From positions 2,048,001-2,112,000 of the forward strand of contig OZ241986.1 of the NCBI GenBank assembly GCA_965204375.1: a stretch of 64,000 bases of DNA, in the 5' to 3' direction. Made by a program: the position numbers and the translations under genes. The DNA comes from Candidatus Latescibacterota bacterium (lineage in GTDB: Bacteria; Latescibacterota; UBA2968). Within the stretch, counting starts at the first letter, position 1, and every line of letters starts with the position of its first letter. Shown here piece by piece: positions 27,488-37,875 of this stretch. The notes under the pieces were generated by a model, which was not told the DNA's origin, made no database searches, and saw nothing but the letters and a program-made list of their open reading frames with translations.

Positions 27488-27502
27488 CACTTCTGTCTTG
27501 TC

Positions 27503-27531
27503 TTGACGCATTTGCCAAATTTCAGTAACTT
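27503..27531 (+). promoter_or_regulatory. Sigma70-type promoter TTGACG-N17-TAACTT
   Basis: Near-consensus, upstream of the ABC gene. Confidence 0.5.
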
Positions 27532-27574
27532 ATAAGTAAGTAAGCACTTTCTTTCTTTTATCAGGAGTCGATCT

Positions 27575-29872
27575 GTGGCAAACGCTTCCGAGATAAATCT
27601 TCTGGAAATCCCTCCGCAGCACATTTTAGATGGCCTTATCCCATCGCACGAAACGGTTCAAGTATCGGCCAGTACCGACATCCGTCTCGATGGCACGTAT
27701 GGAATCGCTTATCTCCTCGCCACAGACAAACACCTGTTTGCAATTAGCCCCAACGGCGATTCGACGCCACACACAGAGCGTATCCCACTTTCAGAAATTA
27801 CCAATCTCGAAGTCAAAGACCTGTTTGGCAACAGCTTACTCAAAGTCCGCACCGCAACCACAGGTGCCACACTCGCGCGATTTACCAAAGGCCAGAACCA
27901 AAAATTCAATCGGATAACGCACCGACTTGAAGCCCTTGTAAAAGACGCGCGCAAAACCGAAGAAAAAATCGCAAAAGGCCAACTTGGGCGTGCGATTTCG
28001 GGCAGACGGTGTGACGTCTGCGGCACAATCATTTCCCGCAGAGTAGGGGTCTGCACCAACTGTCTCGACACCCGCAGACTGCTGTATCGCTTGCTCGCCT
28101 ATGCGCGTCCCTTCTGGAAACTCGGAACCCTGAGCCTTGCCCTGCTCCTCACCTCGACCTTTATTAGCCTTACCCCACCGCTTTTGATGCGCGACCTCAT
28201 CGACGGCGTACTCGCACCTTCTGCAAATTATGAAACGACCTTCTTCCGCGACATCACAAACAGTATATTTGGGATACCAACCGGATACCAAATTCTCTAT
28301 TTCCTCGTGGGCCTGCTCCTGCTGATCAACCTCTCGCAATCGGGCCTTCGCGCCATACGCTCGTATATCCTATCCGTTCTTGGACAGAAAATCACCTATA
28401 ACCTCAGAAATGAGGTCTATCAGCACCTCCACCGCCATTCTCTCAGCTTCTACAACGAACGCGAAACCGGCACCATTATGGCCAGCATCACCCAGGATGT
28501 GGGGCGCCTGCAAGATTTTATCAGCGATGGCCTGCAAGAAATCATCCGCGACATCGTTACCATCGCCTTTATATGCATCATCCTCTTTACGATGAATATC
28601 AAACTCGCCACCCTCGTTTTAATCCCCACGCCCCTTCTGATTATTGCAACCCTCAAATTTGGTCACCGCCTGCATCGAACCTATCGCGGCCTGTTTCGGC
28701 GTTGGGCTGCCATCAGCGCACTCCTTGCCGACACCATTCCCGGTGTGCGCGTGGTCAAAGCCTTTGCACAGGAAAACCGCGAAGTGGGTAAATTTCAGAC
28801 GCGCAGCGAAGACCTCCTAAAGGGCGAAATCAAAATTGCGGGCATTCGCAGCATCTTCAGTCCCGTCATGGCTTTTATTACATCTATCGGAACGCTGATT
28901 ATATGGCTCGTGGGAGGCACCTCGGTTCTCGACGGCGCATTGACCCTGGGCAACTTTGTGGCATTTACGCAGTACATGTGGCGTTTTTACGGCCCGGTTG
29001 AAAGCCTCTGCCGCCTCAACCATCGCTTCCAGCGAGCCGCATCTTCTGCCGAACGCGTCTTTGAAGTGCTCGACACGCAACCCGACGTAACCGACAGGCG
29101 CTCTGCATACGCCATGCCCGCCATTGAAGGGCGCATCCAATTTGACGACGTGACATTTTCTTACGAAATTGGCAAACCCGTTCTCAAAAATCTCAATTTT
29201 ACCGTTGAACCCGGCGAAATGATCGGCCTTGCCGGGCATTCTGGCGCGGGTAAAAGCACCCTGATCAACCTGATTTGCAGATTTTACGATATCGAAGAAG
29301 GCGCGATTTTAATCGACGGACGCGATATCCGCGATGTCTCCCTCAAATCCCTGCGCGATCAGATCGGCGTCGTTCTGCAAGACCCCTTTCTCTTCAATGG
29401 ACCCATAGCCGAAAACATCGCCTATGGCAAACCCGATGCATCACTCGATGAAATCGTCGCAGCCGCCAAAACAGCCAATGCTCACGAATTTATCCTCCGC
29501 CTGCCCGATAGCTACGACACACCCGTAGGCGAACGCGGCGTTCGGCTCTCAGGCGGCGAAAGGCAGCGCATCTCCATTGCGCGTGCGATCCTGCGAAACC
29601 CGCGCATTCTAATTCTCGATGAAGCCACCTCCAGCATGGATACCGAGACAGAATCACAGATCCAGGAAGCCCTTTACAGACTCGTGCAAGGACGCACGAC
29701 CTTTGCCATTGCCCATCGCCTCTCCACGCTCAAACACGCAGACCGCCTCTTTATCATCGAAAATGGCGAACTCGCCGAGATGGGATCACACGCCGAACTC
29801 ATCGCCTACGATGGCATTTACGCACGCCTTTGCCGCATGCAAACCGAACTGTCCAAACTCCGCGCGTGGTAG
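27575..29872 (+). CDS. ABC exporter (TMD+NBD) with N-terminal soluble domain and Zn-ribbon
   Basis: GHSGAGKST, LSGGERQR, LDEATS; CDVC...CTNC before the TMD. Confidence 0.92.
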   Translation: MANASEINLLEIPPQHILDGLIPSHETVQVSASTDIRLDGTYGIAYLLATDKHLFAISPNGDSTPHTERIPLSEITNLEVKDLFGNSLLKVRTATTGATLARFTKGQNQKFNRITHRLEALVKDARKTEEKIAKGQLGRAISGRRCDVCGTIISRRVGVCTNCLDTRRLLYRLLAYARPFWKLGTLSLALLLTSTFISLTPPLLMRDLIDGVLAPSANYETTFFRDITNSIFGIPTGYQILYFLVGLLLLINLSQSGLRAIRSYILSVLGQKITYNLRNEVYQHLHRHSLSFYNERETGTIMASITQDVGRLQDFISDGLQEIIRDIVTIAFICIILFTMNIKLATLVLIPTPLLIIATLKFGHRLHRTYRGLFRRWAAISALLADTIPGVRVVKAFAQENREVGKFQTRSEDLLKGEIKIAGIRSIFSPVMAFITSIGTLIIWLVGGTSVLDGALTLGNFVAFTQYMWRFYGPVESLCRLNHRFQRAASSAERVFEVLDTQPDVTDRRSAYAMPAIEGRIQFDDVTFSYEIGKPVLKNLNFTVEPGEMIGLAGHSGAGKSTLINLICRFYDIEEGAILIDGRDIRDVSLKSLRDQIGVVLQDPFLFNGPIAENIAYGKPDASLDEIVAAAKTANAHEFILRLPDSYDTPVGERGVRLSGGERQRISIARAILRNPRILILDEATSSMDTETESQIQEALYRLVQGRTTFAIAHRLSTLKHADRLFIIENGELAEMGSHAELIAYDGIYARLCRMQTELSKLRAW

Positions 29873-29889
29873 CGAATAAAGGTATATAA

Positions 29890-30399
29890 ATGTCTTCACT
29901 CCCCAATCTAACCGGCGACCTCTCTTTACTCTCGCCCCGCGACATTCGCCTGTATCTCGACGACTTTGACGATCTCACACTCGACCTGCGCGGTGAAATC
30001 CACAAGAGAATTGGTGTCCAGCGCGCTTTCCCGCTCAATGCGTCCACTAAATTCATCGTGCTCCACGATTCAGACGGCGACGAAATTGGCATTGTACGCG
30101 ACATGGCCGATCTCGACCCAGACAGCCGAGATGCATTGGAAATAGCACTCGAACAGGCATATTTTATGCCTCGCATTCTCAAAATAAATAGCATTGTTTC
30201 CAATTTTCATGTACCCACATGGGATGTGGAAACGGATCGCGGGCACCGCGTATTTGAAGTCCCCAGCAGCAAGCGCGACGTGCGCGTAATTGACGACGTG
30301 CGCGTGATCCTGCGAGACGCCGATGGCAACCGCTACGAGATCGTCGATTACCGCCGCCTCGACCCCGACAGCATTACATTTGTGGAAACCATTGTTTGA
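29890..30399 (+). CDS. DUF1854 family protein
   Basis: RAFPL, YFMPRI..I, WDVETDRG, D.DGNRY; typical position after this ABC subtype. Confidence 0.8.
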   Translation: MSSLPNLTGDLSLLSPRDIRLYLDDFDDLTLDLRGEIHKRIGVQRAFPLNASTKFIVLHDSDGDEIGIVRDMADLDPDSRDALEIALEQAYFMPRILKINSIVSNFHVPTWDVETDRGHRVFEVPSSKRDVRVIDDVRVILRDADGNRYEIVDYRRLDPDSITFVETIV

Positions 30400-30483
30400 A
30401 ACCTGTATCTGGGGAACAATCTCTCCCCTATTTTCGTCAAAACCGAAATGAATTGACGCGTTTATTCGCAGAAAGGAGGAGGC

Positions 30484-33400
30484 ATGAAACTCAGTGAATT
30501 TGCCATTAATAAACCCATCAGCACCATTATGATTGTGCTCAGTATTATGATGATGGGTTTTATTTCCCTATTCAGGCTGCCGCTCGAATACCTGCCCAGC
30601 CTGACATTTCCGCGCATCTTTGTTTCCGTCAATTACCCCTCCTCTTCTCCGGAAGAAATTGAGCGGTTCATCACGCGTCCCATCGAAGAAATCCTCGGCA
30701 CGCTATCTGGCGTTGAAAGCATCAGTTCCTCATCGAGTGGATCCAGTGCGCGCGTCGGCATGGAATTTGCGATGGATGCCGATATGGACATCATCAGTGT
30801 TCACATCCGCGACCGCCTCGATCAAGTTCGCGCCGACCTGCCCGCCGATGTCGATCGCATCGATATTCGCAGCTTCGACACCGAAGACTTTCCCGTTCTC
30901 GAATACTCCCTCACCTGGCTTGGCGAAAACAACCAGGAACTCGTCAATGTGTACAATCAGCTAATCCTGCCCAGAGTCCAGCGTCTCGAGGGCGTTGCCA
31001 ATGTCGTGCTCGAAGGTTTGCGGGAAAAAGACCTCCTCATCGAAGTCGATCAAAAAGCCATGGCAGCCTATAAACTGGACTTCCGCACCATCAATCGCGC
31101 CCTGAATAGCAACAATATTAATGTCTCCGCAGGGTATGTCACTGAAGGCAGCAAACGCCTCGCCGTTCGCAGCATAGGCGAGTTTGAAACAGTTGATCAA
31201 ATTCGCGATCTGCCCATTCGCCCCAATCTCACTCTTGACGACATTGCCAATGTCACATACGATTATCCCGAATCCCGCAGCTTTGAACGCCTCGATGGAC
31301 GCCCTTCGCTGAACCTTGAGGTCCAGAAAGCCTCAACGGCCAACATGGTCGATGTATGCAAACTCGTGCGTGACGAACTCGCCCTCATCCATGAAGAAGT
31401 CGGCAAAGACAAGCTCCGAATGCACATGGTGCGAGATCGATCCATCGACGTGACAAATAGTATCACGAGCCTCAGCCAATCTGCTATTCTGGGTGGTCTG
31501 CTGGCAGTCATCGCCATCTTTATTTTTCTTCGCAACTTCCGCAGCACGCTCATCATCGGATCTGCTATTCCCATCAGTGTACTCACCGTATTCCTGATCA
31601 TGTATTTCATGCGCCAATCCGGATCGAACATCACCCTCAATCTCATTTCCATGATGGGTCTGATGGTTGCCATAGGTATGCTCGTCGATCCCGCAGTCGT
31701 AGCCCTTGAAAATATCTTTCGCAAACGGTTTGAAGAAGGACAAGATGCCAGACATGCCGCGCTCGAGGGCAGCGATGAAATCGGGCTTCCAGTCCTCGCC
31801 GCATCACTCACGACCATTTGCGTATTCATCCCTGTCATTTTTGTCACCGATTCGCGCACCTCGCTCTTCATGCGCGACTTTGCCGTTACCGTGATCATAG
31901 CTGTTATTGCCTCCTTTTGTATCGCGCTCTCACTTATCCCACTGGCAGCCTCTCGCGCATTCAAGCACGATGGGCAACTCCTCGATCGCATTCTCAAGAG
32001 CATCGTCGGCCTTGTAGCCGCGCTCGGTCTGGGCACCCTTATTTATTACACAGACTTTGGCAAAATTGATTATGCGGGTATCTGGACAAATGCCAATAGG
32101 ACCATCAGTGCGCTGCCAGTCTTTGCCAAAATCGGTTTTCCCGGCGTCATTGCCCTGGCAGTCTTTCTCTATTTTCGCTACCGCGCAATCGGTCCCAAAG
32201 CCCTCTATGCCAAATTGGTCTCTTCTACGCTTCACTACCGATGGGCAACCCTGTCGGCTGCATGTGTCCTGCTCTTTATGGGCAACTATATCTACGGCAA
32301 AGTGGAACAACAACCCTTCCGCTATCAACCCAGTCGCGCTGTAAGACTCACCATTGAAATGCCCCGGAGTTACGATGTAGATAAAGCGCGTGAAATCTTC
32401 AAAATTGCCGAAGACATGCTCATCCCATTAAAAGACGAACTCGACATAGAAGCCATTGGCAGCCGATACAGCGGTCGGCGCGGCACACGCCTGACCCTTT
32501 ATCTCACGCCGGCAGACGAAGGCACACTCACCACTGATGAAGTTCAGCGCAAAGTTATGGCCCTCCTGCCCAAAGACATTCCGGGCGTGCGTTTCAAATC
32601 TGGCGGTGGTCGAGGGAGTTCCGCTGTAGGGGCCGGCGTTCAACTCAAAGGACGCAGCCAGGAAACGCTGGCCATTTTGGCCGAAGACATTGAAACCAGC
32701 ATGCAGGACATGCCCGGCGTTCACGAAATACAGACCAGCCTCGAAAGTGGAACCGAGGAGATTCGCGTCACAGTCAATCGCGAGCGCGCACAGCGCTACG
32801 GTCTCTCGCCGCGCGATATTGCAACCACCATCGCCTCTGCGCTCGGTTCGCGCGGTGGCTCCAACTTCAAAACTCCCGACGGTGAAATCGACATCACAGT
32901 ACTGCTGCGCGAAGAAGACCGCGCCACCCTCGAACAGCTCAAAACAACGGAATTTGAAAGCGACAATGGCGGCATGGTCACCTTCTCCAGCCTGGCGAAT
33001 TTCGACCTGACAACGGGCACCAACACCATTCGACGCGAAGACCGCATGTCAACCGTAACGGTTTTTGCCAACACAGACCAGCAAGCGGTATTTCGCGTGG
33101 GCCAGATTATGAAAATGCGCATGGAAGGCGTGCCCTTGCCCAAGGGATACACCTATGAAATGGACCGCCGCTTCAGATCTATGAATGCAGAACAGAATCA
33201 GGACTACGAGACCTTGATTTTAGCACTCATTCTCATTTACATCATCATGGCCTCGCTCTTTGAATCCTATGTCCATCCGCTTACCATTATGTTCTGCATC
33301 TTCTTCGCATTCATAGGCGTCGCGCTCGGTCTCTACACCTTCAAAATCGCCATGGACAGCAATGCCAAATACGGCCTTCTCGTGCTCTTTGGCATCGTGG

Positions 33401-33735
33401 TCAACAACGGCATTGTCCTGGTCGATCACATCAACAGATACCGAAAGCAGGGCCTTACTCGCCGCGATGCCATTATTCGCGGTGGGCAAGACCGCTTGCG
33501 TCCGATTATGATGACTGCCACCACCACTATCATCGGTCTGATGCCGCTGGTATTGCCGATGCTCTTTGGCAATGCAGAAGGCACCTCAAGACGCTGGGGA
33601 CCAATCGGCCTGGTGGTTATTTCCGGGCTGTCCATCTCAACAATTTTAACCCTCGTGCTCCTGCCCACGGTCTATTCCCTCATGGATGACCTCTCCCAAT
33701 TTGCCAAGCGCGTCACAGCCGTAGCACGCGCGTAA
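30484..33735 (+). CDS. RND efflux transporter permease (AcrB family)
   Basis: 1083 aa; GMLVD.A.V.LENI, LTT..VF.P, GIVVNNGIVLVD, RLRPIMMT. Confidence 0.93.
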   Translation: MKLSEFAINKPISTIMIVLSIMMMGFISLFRLPLEYLPSLTFPRIFVSVNYPSSSPEEIERFITRPIEEILGTLSGVESISSSSSGSSARVGMEFAMDADMDIISVHIRDRLDQVRADLPADVDRIDIRSFDTEDFPVLEYSLTWLGENNQELVNVYNQLILPRVQRLEGVANVVLEGLREKDLLIEVDQKAMAAYKLDFRTINRALNSNNINVSAGYVTEGSKRLAVRSIGEFETVDQIRDLPIRPNLTLDDIANVTYDYPESRSFERLDGRPSLNLEVQKASTANMVDVCKLVRDELALIHEEVGKDKLRMHMVRDRSIDVTNSITSLSQSAILGGLLAVIAIFIFLRNFRSTLIIGSAIPISVLTVFLIMYFMRQSGSNITLNLISMMGLMVAIGMLVDPAVVALENIFRKRFEEGQDARHAALEGSDEIGLPVLAASLTTICVFIPVIFVTDSRTSLFMRDFAVTVIIAVIASFCIALSLIPLAASRAFKHDGQLLDRILKSIVGLVAALGLGTLIYYTDFGKIDYAGIWTNANRTISALPVFAKIGFPGVIALAVFLYFRYRAIGPKALYAKLVSSTLHYRWATLSAACVLLFMGNYIYGKVEQQPFRYQPSRAVRLTIEMPRSYDVDKAREIFKIAEDMLIPLKDELDIEAIGSRYSGRRGTRLTLYLTPADEGTLTTDEVQRKVMALLPKDIPGVRFKSGGGRGSSAVGAGVQLKGRSQETLAILAEDIETSMQDMPGVHEIQTSLESGTEEIRVTVNRERAQRYGLSPRDIATTIASALGSRGGSNFKTPDGEIDITVLLREEDRATLEQLKTTEFESDNGGMVTFSSLANFDLTTGTNTIRREDRMSTVTVFANTDQQAVFRVGQIMKMRMEGVPLPKGYTYEMDRRFRSMNAEQNQDYETLILALILIYIIMASLFESYVHPLTIMFCIFFAFIGVALGLYTFKIAMDSNAKYGLLVLFGIVVNNGIVLVDHINRYRKQGLTRRDAIIRGGQDRLRPIMMTATTTIIGLMPLVLPMLFGNAEGTSRRWGPIGLVVISGLSISTILTLVLLPTVYSLMDDLSQFAKRVTAVARA

Positions 33736-33739
33736 TAAA

Positions 33740-33784
33740 AAAGCCCCAGGCAATCGGTATGGCTTGCCGATTGCCTGAGGCTTT
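33740..33784. terminator. Bidirectional terminator hairpin between convergent genes
   Basis: AAAGCC-C-CAGGCAATCGG / CCGATTGCCTG-A-GGCTTT long stem flanked by A and T runs. Confidence 0.8.
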
Positions 33785-33804
33785 GCGTCTTTCCAGGAAA
33801 TGCA

Positions 33805-34206
33805 CTAAGCTTCCTCGCGTTGCACCTCCTCCGTTTCATCTGATAATCGATCAACCCCTTGTATCTCACTACCCGCATCGCAGTCAGCTTTAAAAACAGC
33901 GCCATCTTCAACGATCAAGACGCCCGTTTGAATTTTCCCAATAAAAGTGGCTTGCGACTGCAAATGCACTTTCTCTTCAGCCACCAGATTCCCCACAATG
34001 CGCCCGCTGATCAATGCGTCGCGCACCTTCACATTGGCCTCAATAACACCCGACTTCCCCACAATCAGCGTTCCGGATGACTCGAGTTCCCCCTTCAAGA
34101 TCCCATCCACACGCACGCCAGCCGCAATTTGAAAATGACCTTCAGAGACTGCCCCACGCCCAATAATGGTATTCATGGTCTTGTCAAAATTTGTGTTGCG
34201 CTCCAT
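33805..34206 (-). CDS. Bactofilin (polymer-forming cytoskeletal protein)
   Basis: TIIG.G..EG, VRVDG...G, LIVG.SG.I, G.I....LIVEDGA.F beta-helix pattern. Confidence 0.9.
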   Translation of the reverse strand: MERNTNFDKTMNTIIGRGAVSEGHFQIAAGVRVDGILKGELESSGTLIVGKSGVIEANVKVRDALISGRIVGNLVAEEKVHLQSQATFIGKIQTGVLIVEDGAVFKADCDAGSEIQGVDRLSDETEEVQREEA

Positions 34207-34241
34207 AAGTCACTCCTCCAGAAGATTACTCGGCATTCAAC

Positions 34242-34321
34242 ATAATATAAATCACATTCGTTCGAGTCAATTTCTTTCTTCGAACTTTCCGCTTGACAAG
34301 CATTTTTTACGGGCGTACTTT
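34242..34321. promoter_or_regulatory. Back-to-back sigma70 promoters: (-) TTGACT-N17-TATTAT and (+) TTGACA-N17-TACTTT
   Basis: Minus: 34270-34265 / 34247-34242; plus: 34293-34298 / 34316-34321. Confidence 0.7.
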
Positions 34322-34356
34322 GCGAGCCGTTTTACACCCCAAACCGAGGAGAAACT

Positions 34357-34731
34357 GTGGCATTCACAATTACCAAAACCGTTCGTCCAAACGCCGTGTG
34401 GCAAGAAATGTATCTCCAGATACAAAAAGATCAGCGCGTAATTATCACTGCAGAGGGCCTCTGGTCTCCCGAAATGCGTCCGCTTACCATTGTCTGGTGT
34501 GGTCCCGATGGCATTGAAGGGCGTCCCGCCAATGATCAATATCTCTTGCCCGGCACAAATGTGGGAGCGCTCGTTGGACGCATTGGCGACAGCCCTATTC
34601 TTTCAGTGGGCAATTATTTCGATTTTTATTCGCCCTACGAAGGCCCGCTATTTCTCGCCATGAATGAAAATCCCGAATACCACAGCCAGGCCGGTTCTCT
34701 CCACGCGCAAATCATCTTGTTTGACCTGTGA
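34357..34731 (+). CDS. LecA/PA-IL-like lectin-fold protein
   Basis: 124 aa; VIITAEGLWS, WCGPDG, GALVGRIG, G.LFLAMNE..GS aligns by eye with PA-IL; RBS GAGGAG. Confidence 0.6.
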   Translation: MAFTITKTVRPNAVWQEMYLQIQKDQRVIITAEGLWSPEMRPLTIVWCGPDGIEGRPANDQYLLPGTNVGALVGRIGDSPILSVGNYFDFYSPYEGPLFLAMNENPEYHSQAGSLHAQIILFDL

Positions 34732-35510
34732 AACTAATCCGCTTTTTTGCCCGAGAATACGCCCTTTCAGGGCTATTTATCATCCTGCTACTCGGCTTGT
34801 GGGAAGTGATCGTGCGAAGTCTTGATGTCGCCGCATTTATACTCCCTCCTCCCTCTCAAATCCTGTCCAAATTTGCCACATCTCATCGCCTCCTGCTCTC
34901 TCATGGTCTCGTTACACTCACCGAAGCCCTCGGCGGCTTTCTCACAGGCGCATCATCGGGGCTACTTTGCGCCATTGCAATGGCCCGTTCCCGCCTGATC
35001 GAACGGATGCTCTATCCTCTGGTCATCTCCACGCAGACCTTTCCCAAAGAGGCACTGGCTCCTGTCTTTGTCATCTGGTTTGGATTTGGCCTTTTGCCCA
35101 AAGTGATTATTGCGGGCCTCATTTCCTTTTTTCCCGTTGTGATCAACACCACGCGCGGTCTCTTATCCGTTGACAAATCCATCCTCGACTTGATGCGGTC
35201 GCTCTCGGCCAGCCAACGACAAATTTTTTTTAAAGTGCGCTTGCCCAATGCCATTCCCTATCTTTTTGCCGCACTCAAAATGTGCATCACGCTCAGTGTG
35301 ATTGGCGCTGTAGTCGGCGAATTTGTCGGCTCCAGTGCGGGTCTGGGCCACCTCATTCGGCTCGCCAATTCAGAACTCGCCACCGATTTGATGTTTGCCG
35401 CCCTGCTCGCACTCGGGTGTATGGGCACGGGCCTGTTTTTGCTCGTTGACGGCCTCGAAAAAACAGCCCTGCGCCGTTGGGGCGGCGCCGTTGAAACCAT
35501 AGGTCGCTAA
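34728..35510 (+). CDS. ABC permease (SsuC/TauC/ThiX type)
   Basis: ILPPPS, P..ALAP...IWFGFG, FFPVVIN, V.GAVVGEF.GS..GLG. Confidence 0.92.
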   Translation: MKLIRFFAREYALSGLFIILLLGLWEVIVRSLDVAAFILPPPSQILSKFATSHRLLLSHGLVTLTEALGGFLTGASSGLLCAIAMARSRLIERMLYPLVISTQTFPKEALAPVFVIWFGFGLLPKVIIAGLISFFPVVINTTRGLLSVDKSILDLMRSLSASQRQIFFKVRLPNAIPYLFAALKMCITLSVIGAVVGEFVGSSAGLGHLIRLANSELATDLMFAALLALGCMGTGLFLLVDGLEKTALRRWGGAVETIGR

Positions 35511-35523
35511 AAGGAGTATTCCC

Positions 35524-36489
35524 ATGCAAAAAATATTCATTGCTATTGCCCTCGCACTCATCACCCTATCCTGTACAGATACAGAAAAAACAAAAGTGCA
35601 ATTCATTCTCGACTGGAAAGCACAGATGGAACACGCGGGCTTTTTTGTCGCCAAACAAAAGGGGTTTTACGAACAAGAGGGACTTGAGGTCGAAATCCTC
35701 GAAGGCAGTGGTGCCCCCACTTCAGCTCGCGTCGTGGGCAACGGCACCTACAAACTCGGCGTGGCCAGCGGATCGGCAACTGTTATGGCGAGGGTGCGCA
35801 ACATTCCCATTGTATCGCTCGCAGTAATCAATCAGCAAACCCCGGTGGTCGTTTATTCACTCGTAGAAAAAAATATCACAACACCTGCAGATCTAATCGG
35901 CAAAAGCATTGGCGTCAATATCGGCGGCACGAAACACCGCGAATTTCAAGCCTTTTTACGCCACCAGAATATCCCCGAAGAAGACATACAACTCATGGGT
36001 ATGAGCGAAGCCAGCCCGGCGCCGCTCCTCGCAGGTCAAGTCGATGCCATGCTTGGATATACCGAAGATCAACCCGTCACAGTCGAACTCCAGGGTCACG
36101 CAGTCAATCGCCTTGCCCTATCGGATTACGGCATCGATGTATATAGCACCAACATCATTGCCAATGAGTCTTTTCTCAAAGAAAATCCCGAACTGGTCAA
36201 ACGCTTTTTGCGGGCGAGCCTGCGCGGATGGCAACACGCCGTCGATCATCCCGAAGATGCGGTAGCAGCCTACATGGCCGCGCGTCCCGAAAGCGATGAG
36301 GCCTTCAATCGCGCCAATTTCAAATATCTGATTCCTCTATTGCAAAGCGCCGACACACAACAACAGGGCCTGGGCGCCCAGACAAAAGCAAAGTGGCAAC
36401 AAACACAGGACATCCTCCACAGCCTGGACATGATCGACCAAAAAGTCGATCTCAACCTGCTCTACACCACGGCATTTATGCCTGAGTAA
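35524..36489 (+). CDS. NMT1/THI5-like ABC substrate-binding lipoprotein
   Basis: Lipobox TLSC; LDW....HAGFFVA..KGFY..EGL.V, DL.GK.IG, FLRA..RGW. Confidence 0.9.
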   Translation: MQKIFIAIALALITLSCTDTEKTKVQFILDWKAQMEHAGFFVAKQKGFYEQEGLEVEILEGSGAPTSARVVGNGTYKLGVASGSATVMARVRNIPIVSLAVINQQTPVVVYSLVEKNITTPADLIGKSIGVNIGGTKHREFQAFLRHQNIPEEDIQLMGMSEASPAPLLAGQVDAMLGYTEDQPVTVELQGHAVNRLALSDYGIDVYSTNIIANESFLKENPELVKRFLRASLRGWQHAVDHPEDAVAAYMAARPESDEAFNRANFKYLIPLLQSADTQQQGLGAQTKAKWQQTQDILHSLDMIDQKVDLNLLYTTAFMPE

Positions 36490-37867
36490 AGTCGGGAGTC
36501 AACCGCAAACCAACCGCCTGCTCATAAGCATACGCCAGGCGCAAAATCCGAGCCTCGTCATAAGGCTTGCCAATAATCTGCAAACCAATGGGCAAATTTT
36601 CATCAGACCATCCACACGGAACCGACACCGCGCATAAACCCAAAAAATTGACCAGCCGCGTCGTCAACCTGACGGGCGCAACATCGACATCTGCAACACG
36701 CGGTGCAACCGTCAACATCGTCGGACAAATCACGGCATCCACATCTCGCAGGGTCTCGCGGGCAGAGATTCGCAACTGCTCGCGCCGTTGTAAAACTGCC
36801 GCATAATCTGGCGCAGAAAAAGACGCGCCATGTGCAATCCGCGCGCGAATGCGCGGATCCATCATCTCGCCATACTCTGCTATAAAATTACCGTGGCACG
36901 CATACCCCTCCACGCACATAATCATCGCACTGCCGCGCCCATCAAGCTCTTCGTCTAACTCCTCTCTCGCCTCGGGAAATTGGAATTCCTCCACATTGAC
37001 CCCCAATTCACACAAAACCTCCGCCGCGGCTTCTACTGAAGCGATAACCTCAGCATCTGCCCCATCGCAAAACGGATCGCGCACAAATCCGACGCGCAAC
37101 CCCTCCACATCTCGCTTCAGCCAGCGAACCACATCCACCAGCGGTTGATTTAACGTCACTGGATCAGCCGCATCAGGCCCCGCAATCGCTTCAAACACCA
37201 GCGCGACATCTTCCACACATCGCGTCAAAGGTCCCATGCTATCCAGCGTCCACGAAAGCGGCATCGCGCCAGCGCGGCTCACCCGCTCCAGCGTGGGCTT
37301 GAGACCCACGACACCGCAAAACGACGCCGGGATCCGAATAGAACCACCCGTATCTGTACCCATCGCAACAGGCACCAACCCCGCCGCCACAGCCACCCCC
37401 GACCCACTGCTCGACCCACCCGGTACGCGTTCTGATCCCCAGGGATTCGGCGGCGTGCCGTAATGGGGATTCAAACCATAAGGCCCAAACGCGAGTTCCA
37501 CCATATTGGTCTTACCCATCAACACGGCACCGGCCTGTGAAAGACGCTTTGCGACGGTTGCCGAATCCTCCGGTACAAATGTATCCCATACTTTTGTCCC
37601 TGAAGTCGTGCGAATACCCGCCGTGTGAAATAGATCTTTAAGCGCGATTGGAATGCCGTGCAAAGGCCCCAAATCCGATCCCGACCGCAACATCGCCTCC
37701 GCCGCCTGTGCCTCGGCGCGAGCGCGTTCTGCCGTAACTGTAATAAACGCCTTTGTCTGATCGCCGTATTCGTCAATGCGATTGAGCAACGCATCTACCA
37801 CCTCAACCGGCGATACATCACCCCCCCGATAGCGCGCGCCCAATTCCGATAGGGTTGCAAAATGCAT
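36476..37867 (-). CDS. Amidase (GatA/amidase signature family)
   Basis: GPLHGIPIALKD, GKTN, PGGSSSGS, GTDTGGSIRIPA; start moved from 38098 (GTG 37873 also possible). Confidence 0.93.
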   Translation of the reverse strand: MHFATLSELGARYRGGDVSPVEVVDALLNRIDEYGDQTKAFITVTAERARAEAQAAEAMLRSGSDLGPLHGIPIALKDLFHTAGIRTTSGTKVWDTFVPEDSATVAKRLSQAGAVLMGKTNMVELAFGPYGLNPHYGTPPNPWGSERVPGGSSSGSGVAVAAGLVPVAMGTDTGGSIRIPASFCGVVGLKPTLERVSRAGAMPLSWTLDSMGPLTRCVEDVALVFEAIAGPDAADPVTLNQPLVDVVRWLKRDVEGLRVGFVRDPFCDGADAEVIASVEAAAEVLCELGVNVEEFQFPEAREELDEELDGRGSAMIMCVEGYACHGNFIAEYGEMMDPRIRARIAHGASFSAPDYAAVLQRREQLRISARETLRDVDAVICPTMLTVAPRVADVDVAPVRLTTRLVNFLGLCAVSVPCGWSDENLPIGLQIIGKPYDEARILRLAYAYEQAVGLRLTPDFTQA

Positions 37868-37875
37868 ATCCACAG

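Noticed and set aside
34322-34356. TPP riboswitch ahead of the NMT1/THI5 operon
   Set aside because: The leader is too short and lacks recognisable TPP aptamer motifs.
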